Positions 48,546 to 60,300 of a stretch of DNA of 64,000 nucleotides are shown here, piece by piece. The stretch's first letter is position 1. The number at the start of each line of letters is the position of its first letter. A program made the translations under genes and the position numbers. The DNA is from Klebsormidium nitens (taxonomy: Eukaryota > Plantae > Klebsormidiophyceae): the NCBI GenBank assembly GCA_000708835.1, contig DF237159.1, positions 79,660-143,659 of the forward strand. Reading direction: 5' to 3'. The notes beneath the pieces are model-generated. The model was given only the letters and a program-made list of their open reading frames with translations. It was not told the DNA's origin and did not search any database.

Positions 48546-49765
48546 CCTGGTGGGTTTGTGGGTTTGTCCCCTCTAAGCATCGTTTTCGTTTGGCGTCAAA
48601 TCTGCTCAACGCAAGGCATTGGACGGTCCGAAAGTCCCCTCCGGCTTCTGCTTCGGCCAAGTAATATGATTGCCGCCAGAATACTTGTATTATGCCCAGT
48701 TTGGAATGAGAGAACCTGCTTGGGACGGTTGGGGTTAGTAGGGTGTTTTGGGCGGGGACGGGTGTCGGAGCTATTTGGCCCCAAGTTCCAGTGTGAGCGG
48801 CGTCCTTATCATTAGTGGAGCTTAACCGACCGATTCTAGAGACAGATGTCTGTAGCTTTGCTTCATTCGAGCGCTTTTTGGTCACGAGTAACGGCAAGGT
48901 TCATGATTATTAGACGGCTGTTAGTGGAAGGGGAGAGCAAGGGCGAGCCAGCAAAGGAGCCCAGCGAGCTTTCAGGTCCTTGGAAAAAGTTTGGTCGCGT
49001 GCTTGCAAGGTTTGTGACTGGTCGCTGCCAGCAAATCCTTATGCTCCTCTGGGAAGACTGAAGTTGGAAGTTCTTAGACGCACGTAGATGCGACTTCTAA
49101 AGGTGCTCTGCTTCTTGGTCCATGCTTTGCATCTATGGTGACCTAAAGGAGATTCTCGTGCAGCTTGGTTGGCGTCTGTGTAGGTTTGATTGACCGGAGG
49201 AATGCTCGCTCCTCAATCACGAACATCTATTTGTACGGCCTTGTCTTATCCTGCCAGTCAAGCTAGGAGCGCTTGGGATAGACAACGTGCTGAAATCGGA
49301 CATGTTCGACTTGCAGGGTCTGAACTAATTGTAAACTTTTCCTGCACGAAAGTAAGAGCGTCATGCAAAGCAGAGTACTGGTTCGGGGAGGGGCCAAGAA
49401 AATGTAAAGGGAAGGTTATGAAGGGATGGGTCGTATCATCACACAGCCGGCCATATAGCAGCGATTTCCGGGCTGGGGCCAATGCATATCTCAGATGTCA
49501 AAAGACAACCTGAGCAGTTTGAAAGAGCTCCAGATGGCATCTCTATACTCGAATGGAACTCTTAAAAGATTTCGGATGAATGGGGTCTTGGACCAAGTCT
49601 CGTTTCTTGTGCAACGTATTGTGCATACGTGGTGAGTTTCCCGATTGTCAGCTTGCTAGAGCCCTGATTTCTTTTGGACTGTGCTAGTTTGTTTCTGGCG
49701 GTAATCAAGGACGTATGACACACACGATATATATTGAAAACTTTCCACATCATGTGTGAGGGTTA

Positions 49766-49958
49766 GGTTCCGCGTCGACCGAAATGGCTGAGCGCTCATA
49801 CCCGGTCGCGACGACCAATTAGAACGCTTCAATGGATCACGTGGTAAAAAATGTACAGACCTAGTACAAGTTTTAGCTGGAGCGGTACTATCCAAAGCTG
49901 TACGCGGACCGGAGATGCGAAGCTGGCGAGCCAAGCACTTTTCGGTCGACGCGGAACC
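49766..49958. mobile_element. Tourist-like MITE (PIF/Harbinger-type, non-autonomous), 193 bp
   Basis: Perfect 19-bp TIR GGTTCCGCGTCGACCGAAA / TTTCGGTCGACGCGGAACC, flanked by TTA on both sides (49763-49765 and 49959-49961). No ORF. Confidence 0.85.
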
Positions 49959-50594
49959 TTACCTATAAACAGTAGCGCACATGGTATCTGGTGTTCAGCA
50001 GCCATGCATTAAGCAAAGCATGTACGATACTGACTGAGCACACATGCATGTTGAAGTTACTCTTGCCTGGAACTAACTTAGACCTGCTTCCATGCTCTCA
50101 CCTGGTCGATCATGCTGACATGCCGCTCGATCTGACGGCCAATGCCACATATTATGATCGATATAGCATGGTGTACGTGCATCAGTGAGCCTGGTAATGG
50201 CAATTACTAATTGCGCCGCGGGAGTACCTGTAGCTTAGTAGGCCGCTGCAATCCATGTTGCCTGGCGGCAGGGCTATATGCAGGCACAATGATGCAGCGC
50301 ATGCATGGGCACCGTACATGGTCATGGTGGCACGCGCCAGGGGCCGGCGCGGACAGAGTGCATGTCATTTGCATATCTTAGCTATAGTATAGAATTATAT
50401 ATATGTATAAGTGAGCCTGGAAATCGGACCGTCTGTAGCATGCGACACAATCCTGCACAGTCGGACATTGCCAATCTGGATCAATACTAGTATGGCTCGT
50501 CAAGTGTTGCAACTTGCCAGTTGTTGCATGAGTCCAGCCGCTGCTAAGTTTCTCACAGTGCCGTGCGGAATCAGAACCGCCATGATCTTCAGGC

Positions 50595-51040
50595 TTCTTA
50601 AATGCATGCACGTAGTACTTTCACTGAAACTGCAGTATGTTATGAGCAGAGACTTGAATCGAGAATGTATCAAAACCGCGCGATCGGTACTTGCAAAGTA
50701 CAGCGGCCCTGCCCGCAGCGTCTCAGTGGGGGCCCATGCAGGACACTCCTAGCCTTCTATGTTGTTCTACATACATCCAACTCTTTACACTGACCACTAC
50801 GTACATTCTGCTTCGGTAGGTTTCTTGAATGCATGCACGTAGTACTTTCCCTGAAACTGCAGTATGTTATGAGCAGAGACTTGAATCGAGAATGCATCAA
50901 AACCGCGCGAGTACTTGCAAAGTACAGCGGCCCTGCGCGCAGCGTCTCAGTGGGGGGCCATGCAGGACACTCCTAGTCTTCTACGTTGTTCTACATACAT
51001 CCAACTCTTTACACTGACTACCAGATTCTGCTCCGGTCGG
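50595..51040. repeat. Tandem duplication, ~227-bp unit x2, highly similar
   Basis: TTCTT(A/G)AATGCATGCACGTAGTACTTTC...CAACTCTTTACACTGAC starts at 50595 and 50822, with few substitutions and indels. Confidence 0.95.
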
Positions 51041-51370
51041 TCTACTCACCGGGTTCGTGCATGCAGTTTAAATACAAAAAGTTGAGACTCAACGCTCATC
51101 TAAGGCCTCACGACTACCCGTCCTATGACAACTTGAACCGCTGTGCAAGTGCGCTGGTCTCAGCCGTAATCATGCAGCGGAAGATACCCACGGCCTTCTT
51201 TTGAAACATCTGGGGAACTCGTCAAGTGGGTCAATTATCTAGAAGCGATGGAGGTCCCCGTCGTCCCTACTGTCGAAGCAACTACTGTCCGTAAACGAAC
51301 CTTTCTGCACCAACCCGGCTTGTTGCCTCCTCGAACAAGCCCACAACTGCTTCCTTCGGCCCAATCCGGA

Positions 51371-54300
51371 TTAAGACGAGGCCTGCACTTCTCCGTCCTT
51401 TGGTAGGATTATACGTTGGAGGACCACGCCCAACATCGTTTTGTCGAGGGGTTTGCTGAACATAGCAAACACTAGGCTCAGTCGAGGGAAAAGACGGGGT
51501 TGACTGCTCACGTGCTCAGCTGGACTAGTAAGACAATAACTATGAAAGAGGTTCTTGTCTCGTACCAAACGATTATGAAAGAGGTTCTTGTCTCGTACTT
51601 AGCGATAAGGCATCTAGATAAAGAGCAGGCCATAGCTGGCGTCTGAAAACCTGGACGTCCCAAATCTATGGACAGATACCGGGTGGACGGGTACCATAAG
51701 GTTCACCGGAGGCTCTAGTGGACACACACATAAACCACCAGCGAGCTATTGAAAGCGATCTTTTGTGTGGGTGAAGCGTGTCAGGACCTCGGCTCTTTCC
51801 AAGGACTAACAGAACCCTGAACTCGGAAAGGCACCCCCGCAAATTCTATGGAAACCGTTCCCGCTTATTGACATGTCTGCGCTTTCGAAGGGAAAAAGGT
51901 CCGGAACCAGGTCGATGAAGGATAAGGATTGGGAATCGCACTTGCAAACAGGCCCGGTACTCACCTTAAATACTCGTCCATGCCCGCCCCGATGCATTTC
52001 TCCCTGGTGCCTTTCATCACATCTGGAATCAGAGGCGACGGGCAAAGAATTAACGGAATGTCGACGGTATTTACGAACCGGCGCCCAGCACAGAGCTCCC
52101 GCAACCAGCGGCAAGAATCAGAAGGATTCCGAAGGTATCACCCAAGAATGTTTACACGGGCAAAGAATCAGCTAAATGTCGATGAAAGTATCAAACCGGA
52201 GCTCAGCACAGAGCTTGCGCAACCAGCGGCAAGACTAAGGAGGTTGGAGCGTCGAGAGAAAAAAGACTCTTTTCTTTTAGCACAGCCCACTCCTTCTCGC
52301 AATTCATTAGTGGTTTTGGTGTGCCCCACCTTGTTCAGAAGAATCTCTTAAAATGGTAGAGTAGGAGCCAAAGATACCATTCCTTTCTCACCTGCAGTCA
52401 ACGCAATGATGGGCACCCTCGAGTACCACGGGTGTAGACTCTCCACAATTCCGACGGGCGCCGTCTTCTCTAGCTCGCCGCTTTTCCGCAGGTTCGCGCC
52501 GTTGTGCCGCCACGGCCGGTTGGAGTGCTTGTGGGCCCCGCCATCCCGCTTACGCCCGCTGACGTCAGCGTCGTCGGGCCCGGTCGCAGGGCCCGTCGGA
52601 GAAGCCAGAGGGCCGTGCATGAACTCGCCCTCGAGCTCACGGATCCTTGCGGTGGCAGTGTAACCGTCCTGGGTAAAGAGTAAACCGAGCGATTTGATAA
52701 CGAGGCATTCAAGGAGAATGCATAGGATCCAGGGAGTTCGGAAACCAAGATTCTTGCATCTGAACTCGGCCTCGAGCTCATGGAACCACGCTAAGGCGGT
52801 GTAACTATCCTGGTTACAGAATCAACCAAGCAAATAATGGCTACGAGGGGGAAGGGACCAAGGGTATCCTTGAAACCTGGGCGGCTAGAAAACAGGCGAT
52901 CTCGCATATGAACTCGGTTTCGAGCTCGCAAACCTTAAATTGTAATCCTGTAACCATCTTGCGTTGGGAATGGTGTCGAAACTGGGTGAAATCTCGCTCA
53001 TGTCAATGAGCTGGATCGAAAAGGGTCAACTGAGTTCGGGAGCAACAGTTCTATCGAAGGGGCCGTGCAATGTGCATGATTGGGGCGTACAGAGCAGGAG
53101 ATGGGGATTCAACTTCCAGGATCATGGAATCTTCGATTGTACACGAGCAGACGGAGGAGCCCTGATGATGCCAACCTCTTGAGAATATCTCCGCGGATTC
53201 CGGGTGCTCGGTTAAGAAACTTGATGTGCAATCGAACGGTTTCGATGATCATCTAGACAGCGTCCAAAGCGGTATTTGTGCAGCAGACCTCCGACGACGA
53301 TCGTGAGACGAACCAACCGCACAGAAGTCTGGGCGCAGTCAAACAGGATTTGGACGCTCTGAGCCAGATTCGGACGCTTCCAAACAATCTTCAGTTTGAT
53401 CCCGGACGTCCGCTCACCATCCCCGGCATTTGGACGTCCATCAGGACCGCGTGGTACCGATCCGCGCCCTGCCCGTCCGCGCCCGCGAGCGTCGCCAAGT
53501 ACTCCCGGAACAGATCGATCGCCTCCTGACCGCTCGCCGCACACACGACCGCACACCCATACCGCTCGAGCATCCTGCTCGCAACCCGCCGGTTGATCAT
53601 CGCATCGTCCACAACCAAGATCCGTTTTCCCGCCAGAACCCCGACCGCCGAATCTCCGTTTGGGAGGGTGCTGGTGCTGCTCTCCGGGGGGTTGGTAGGC
53701 TCGCCCGCCGACTTTTCGGGGGGGCCGTTGCCGCAGTCTTTTGAGGTGCCAGAAACGCGACAGCAAGAGGGGGTGTGCTGCCCCGCCTGGAACAAGCACG
53801 TCACCGCCGTGTGTAGACTGTCCTGTTTCAGGGGGGTCTCCAGGATCGCCGCCCAGCCCAGCTCCTGGGCTCGCTTCGCCACGTCACCCCCCCGGTCCCG
53901 GACCACCGCCGCTAATATCACCGTGTTGCCCCCCCGGCCCTTGAACCTCTCCCGCAGCTCTGACGTGAACCCCCCCATGTCGAGTATCGGCACGCCGTCG
54001 ACGTCCACGACCAACAAATCCACCGGCGCCGTGCTGGGGGGGTCCAAGCTAGAGTCCACGATGCCCCCCCGCTCGTCCTCAAAGAAACTCACGGAGCGCG
54101 ACCGCCCGCCGAGCAACTGGACTTCGTCCCCTCCCCCCGGTGCAAAATGTCGGCAATTCCGAAGTCTTCTGGGAAGCGGACGGACTGAGATTTGCGGCGG
54201 GGTGTGCCGTTGGTTTCTCCAGGATGGTAACGTTTGCTCCGGCCAGGGAAGCGGGCGCTAGACCCGACGAGGGGCTGTGTCTCCGGACCGAGCCGTTCGG

Positions 54301-57300
54301 AGTGCGCGGAGAAGCCCAAGCGACGGAGGTAGGTCGCAATCGCCTCGGCTTTGACGGGGCTCTTGGCGAGGACCACAGCGTTCTTGTCGGTGAAATCTGT
54401 ACAAAAATTGGAGTAATTCTTAAAAGAGTAAGGGGAGATCTGTAAGGGCAAATAAAAGCTGGTCAATGGAAGGGATATGAAAAGCTCTGAAGACACCACG
54501 AGGCTAGATACTCGGAATCCTCGAGCAGAGGAGACACCTTGAAACGAGAAACTCGGGAACGCCAAGTAAGGTTAACCGATGGCAGTCGTGTCTGAGGGGT
54601 CTTAGGGCACAACGAGTGTCGGTCAGTGACAGCAGCAAAGAACAGCAGAGAACAAAGAAGCGAACGAGAACAGCTAGGGACCTTGGGAGATGTTCAACGA
54701 CGACAATCTCCTCGGTGAAACCCTTTGGGAAAACTAGCTTCGATCAACAGAAGCACAAACGAAGAGCAGAAAAGGCGAGGGATCCTTTCGTGGCCTGTTA
54801 AGAACTTACTCGAGGCTGGGGTCAGTTGGTACCCCGGAAGAACGGTCGGTGTGGCAGGGGTTTCGGAGTCAACTCGGTCAAGGCTGACGTCAAACTGGAA
54901 AAGGCTCCCCCGGCCCAGTTTGCTGGCGACGGCCATGCTCCCGTTCATCAGCTTGGCCAGGCGGTGGGAGATGTTGAGCCCGATGCCGGTGCCGCCAAAG
55001 TTTCTGCACAGATAAGAAAGATAGACTTGTTGAGAGAGTGTGCTAAATGATTCACTGGGCGGGAGTGCATGATCGTTCAAAAGATTCGGCAGAGAAAATC
55101 CAAGTGAAGTTTGATCACTTTGGTCGCTGCCAAAACTCTGAGAAGTTAAATAGGCAAATATTGAGCAAAGTCCAATCAGCCTAGCAACGCGCGACTTCAC
55201 CACCAAACGAATAGATGAATCGGGTGGCTCCGCATCTGACAAATACAGAGCAACTGCTCGCCTTTACCAACATAGAAGGTAATCTTTTAAAGCCTGCAGG
55301 AGTAGCGAACGTCAAAGCAAAGACAAGACTATCGGAAGCGAAACGGAATGATCGTCTCGAACTAGCTTCACAGCCCACACCCAAATCAGATCAAGCACAA
55401 AACATTGACAAGACGAAGCAAACAAGCGATGGTCCCATCCTGCTGACCTGCTGGTGCTGCTGTCGACTTGGCAGAAGGGCTTGAAGAGACGGTTTCGCGC
55501 CTCAATGGGCATCCCGATCCCAGTGTCCTGTAAAGGCAAAGATCCGCTTGGATGAGCAGTTGACACACTTGAGCTCATTGGCAGGTCGTCAGCTATTCAA
55601 AGAGTAAAACTTGCCAGACTCATAGGTAAGCAGCAAATCGGCGCTTTCCAAGACAATGGGTCTTGAAGTTACCCTGAACAACGCAGGGTTTCAAAGTAGT
55701 AGACACAAGGAAGGGGTTCGGTTCCTTGCTGCTCAGCTTCCTTTTCATCAGCTGGGGCGCCGAGAACTGTAAGCGACATCAGCCCCTCACCTCCACAGTG
55801 AACACCACCTTGACGCTCTCCCCCTCCTTGAGCATCGCCGCCGCCTCGCGCCCCGCCTGCTGGAACCGCCTCACTTGCGCCGTGCTATTCACCCGCGGCT
55901 CGTTGTTCAGGCTCAGATGCACAGCCCCGTCAACCTCCAAACTATTCAGCGCCAGTTCGTCCAACCACCTAACCTCGGAGTTGCCCACTTTGTTAAACCC
56001 GTCCTCTACGTCTGGACGGGTCGCTTCGTCGGCCCCCGCTTGCGGCCCGTTTGCTTGGGGGGGCGTGGGTCCGCTCTCTTTCCCCGGATCGTCGTCCCCC
56101 CCAAAGGGTTTCCGCCGCCGCAACATCGTGTCGGAACTGGCAAGCGCGGCGGTTTTGCGGCCTTTTCGGAGGAAAGCAAGCAGGCCGCGTTGGCTGGAAT
56201 GTGACCCGTCCTCGGAGGGGTTGGGAGCGGTTGAGAGGTCGGAATCGGACTCTAGGGACAGCTTCGGAGCGGGCTCGATGTTGAGGGAGACGTGGTCGCT
56301 GCGCCGGGGGGGGGGGCGCAGCTGAACCGTGATGAGGACGTTGCCTGCCTCCGTGAACTGGGGGAGAAGCAAGGAGCAACGTGTGAGGCGTGGCAGACAT
56401 GGCACGACACAAGTGTGAAGGAAGTCGAATGTCTATTTGGTGGAAATTCATATCAAGAGTAGGGTCAAGGAGCGAGCCACCTAAAACCATGCTGCAGACC
56501 ACCCCTTTCGACTTTCTGGAACACTCAACACTAAGTTGAAACCTCACTTGAGTGCGTTGCTGAGAAAGTTCATTGACACGTGCAAAAACACTACTGACAG
56601 TCGCTTCAAGCTCAGATCTTCTCGCCCCCCGTAGGCACTTCGCCAGACCCCGAAACAGGAACTGATCAGAACCCTAGGATTGGAGCGCGTTGCTAACAAG
56701 GTTGACCAGGATTTAATGCACGGGCATGGGGTCTCCGACCTGTCTTCTCGGCACTCTTAAAAAATCAAAGCAGAAAACCTGTCATAGAAACGCGACGAGA
56801 CCCTTCAAACGGATAAGTACACAAACCTCACCTTGAGTGCGTTGCTAACTAGGTTGATCAGGATCTGGCGCACGCGCACAGGGTCTCCGACCAGTGTCCC
56901 CGGAACCGCGTCCTGGACAACCGCCGCCAGCTCCAGGTTCTTCTGCCGCGCCTTGTCGCTGAACAAGCCGAGGACCGTCTCGACTGTCTCGCGGATGCTG
57001 AACGACGTGCACTCGATCTCCATGTGGCCTGCCTCGATCTTGCTCAGATCTGCACGAGAGTCAGAAAGACCCGTTTTAAATCGGGAAACTCCCAAACAGG
57101 GTTTCTTGCAAGCTTTTCTCTGCTAGATGTTTACAAGACTCCACCAAATTCTTTTCGTGGAAAGTGATGAACCGAGAAAAGCATGCTTCTACTAAGATGC
57201 AGTCAATCTTTTTGTGCCTCAGGTCGGTAGGGCTCAGATCTGCACAAGAGGTCGTGAGCTTTTGGAACTGGGAGGCAACGAACTCGATTTCTGACTGGTT

Positions 57301-60300
57301 TCACAAACAGGGTTGTTTTCTAGAACCTTGCACTTTCTGCCCAGGACAGCCTTGACATTAGTAGACAGAGTGAGTGATGACCTCCGTTTGAGGAGGTGCA
57401 ACAAGTCTTCCATGATTAGTCCCGCTCGGGTTCTCTCAGAAATCAGGTTCCACAAAGCCTCTTGTGTTTCGTGGCCCTGGATCGATTTTGGGGCTCTCAC
57501 GCACAAGGGAGTTTGACTTATGGCTTTCCAAAGAGGGATATTGCAGGGAGAACCAGTAATTGCAAGGGACTGCAGCAAAAACCAGTATCTGCAAGGGTTC
57601 ACCTACTTCATACTCAAATCACGTACTGGGACGAGTATTCAGGACCAGAAAAACGAAGTCCAGACATGCGCACGCACGGCCGAAGCGTATAGACAGTGCC
57701 GGGGATGCTTCAACTCACCCAGGACGTCGTTGATAAGGGCCACCAGCGCATCCCCGCTGGACATGGCTGTCTTGACGTACTCCTGCTGCCGAATGTCCTG
57801 CATGGACAAGATACCGGCAAGGTATGATTCCGAATGATTAAATAATTGTTTGCCTAGCGGAAAGCTGGAAACCCAAATTTTGATTCGGAAAGTGAAATTT
57901 CGGATTCAGAAAATAATTGGTCGAGCACGGTCGGAAACTTAAAGGTATCAACCGGTCACTTCAAAAGCAACTTGTCTGGGGCAAAAAGGTGCTCGAAAGG
58001 CTCTCCAGGGGATATTCGGATTCAGGGTCGTTAAATAGGTCGCCAAAATTGGTCGTATTTGATTAAATAATTGTCATTTTCGACCATTCGGAATCATAAC
58101 GTGCCGGTGCGGTAGATGTCTTTCAGGACTGAACCAAGGATCAGTTTGAACCTCGAAGAAAGGATATCAAATGACCAGAGTGCATTTGAGTACCGTCTGT
58201 AAAGCTTTTCTTCTAACACACCATGCACCCATTCTTCCAAAGCATGAAGGGCTGATAGACTGGCCGAGACCAATCCCTCGAAAGCATGATGTTCCGAAAG
58301 AGCTTCTCGTGAGTGTTCTGATTGCGGTAAGCTGCCAAGTGCGGGTCCTCAGCTTAACACAGATTGCTTGCGACCTGAGCACAGGACGCTGAAGTTTTCG
58401 GAATGAGAGGGACGCCAGAACCGCGTCAAATCAAGTCAGCCACATGAGCGTTTAGAGCAAAGCCTCCTCACCAGCTTGGTCTCTCCCAGCAAGCCAATCA
58501 TTCCCAGGATACCTGCAATGAAAGACGAGTTTGCATTTGGAAGTGTAAGGTCATGAGCAGATACCAGCCTAGACAGCAACCGACACCTAACACATGACTA
58601 CGGGAGCTTTACCGCGCCAGTCATTTCAAAGGAGGCGACCAAACATCTTTGGAATTCAGCAGGCTGAGTTTGGAGTTTGAAAAGGACTCCACTTTTGGTT
58701 GCTGTGTGCACTGCAGCCCTCCTTACCGTTCATTGGCGTCCGGATCTCGTGCGACACTGCATGAGAAAACAGCAATTGGTCAGGTACGGAAGACGCGAAG
58801 TACAGCTCTAAAAGCTTCAGGAATACAGCCCGTCCTAAGTTGTAAAAGGCCACATCTAGAAAAGGCATTCAATAGAATCCAAGCATTGCGGGTTTTAGAG
58901 CTAACGAATTGACACATCACAAAGCACAACAGCGCTTAAACCACACTGTGCTTGTAACAATCCCAGAAGCTGTCCTGAAAAAGTAGTTGGAAGCAGAAAA
59001 AGTAACTCGTCCTCACCAGTTGCAATGAAGCTCGATTTGGCTGCATCAGCCGCCTCCGCCGCTTCCTTGGCGGCCGCCATTTTCGAATTCAACTTGGCAA
59101 GCTGCAAAGGGGGCCCAGGGGATGCATCAGAAGAAGGACATGCCGATTGTCAGCATGTGAGCGAGCTTCTGACGACAGTGCTCTCTCTATGGAGCTCTGG
59201 ATGCATGCATGCAAGCTATCCATCGAGTTGACTTAGACTTCCATCAGATCTTCGATCATTAAATCCCCCAAAACTCTGTACTTTGTCTGCAACGCTTTTA
59301 GAGTTGACAGTTGCCACGCTGAAGCCCTCTCACTCACGTACAAGACGAGCTCTCCACACGGACGAACTACCTGATGCTTTGGACAAGTCAACCGATTAGG
59401 CCATTGTGATATACTGGAGACCCTGAAGAGTAAGCTAAGTACTCCAACTTTGCATTTGATTGCCCTCAGAACATGCCGTTGCCTTGGCCGTTCGTTTCAA
59501 GTCCTCCTTGTCGCGAAAGCTTCATCAGCTAGCAACTCTCACCTCGGCGACTTCCTTCCTGGCAACCTTCATTGATCGTATGGAGAGGCCGACAATCACA
59601 AAGAGCAGAAAGGCCACGATTGTGAACAGCACCCAGGTCCACCCTGCAGCAACAAGAAGACAGGAGAAAGATCAGAAAGAAGATTCTGATCAAATACCTT
59701 GCTCCAACCAGCTTTTTCCGATCGATTCAGACTTTCTCAATTGCACGCTAATGAATCTCCTTAAGCAACAGAGGAACAAGAGAAGGTTCGCTCAAAGTGC
59801 ACCCTGCTTGACCAAGGAGGGCGCAAACAACACCCCTGCTCGGATGAACGACGAGCCTTCTTCAATCCAACTACTTAAAGTTTAAGTTAAACCACAAAAG
59901 AAGTGAACCTGCTTGGGCAATATGTAAAAGGACGAAGCTAAGTCACAGTGCAGTGCACCAGACCACAAAAGGCTGTGTTGCAGAAACCCTCCCAACTGCA
60001 TTACTGACCTTCTTCAAATTGACAAGAAGCCTTTTCTAGCTCAGAAGAGCATCGATTGAAGGCGGCGAGAAAAAGAAGAGGCTTGATGATTGAATATTTT
60101 CTTAAATCCAAAAACCCTCCATCCAGTTGACTGGGAGTTGACTGGGAGCCTTGTCTAGCTTGCGTAGGATAGGGAAGAATCATCTTGGGATGCTTGATCA
60201 GAGCGCTCACCTGCTTTTACGCCCTCAAAGAAGGGCATCTGGTCCTTTTTGCACTGAATCTGGTACATGCGCTGGCCGAACGTGAAGGTGCGCAGGTGGT

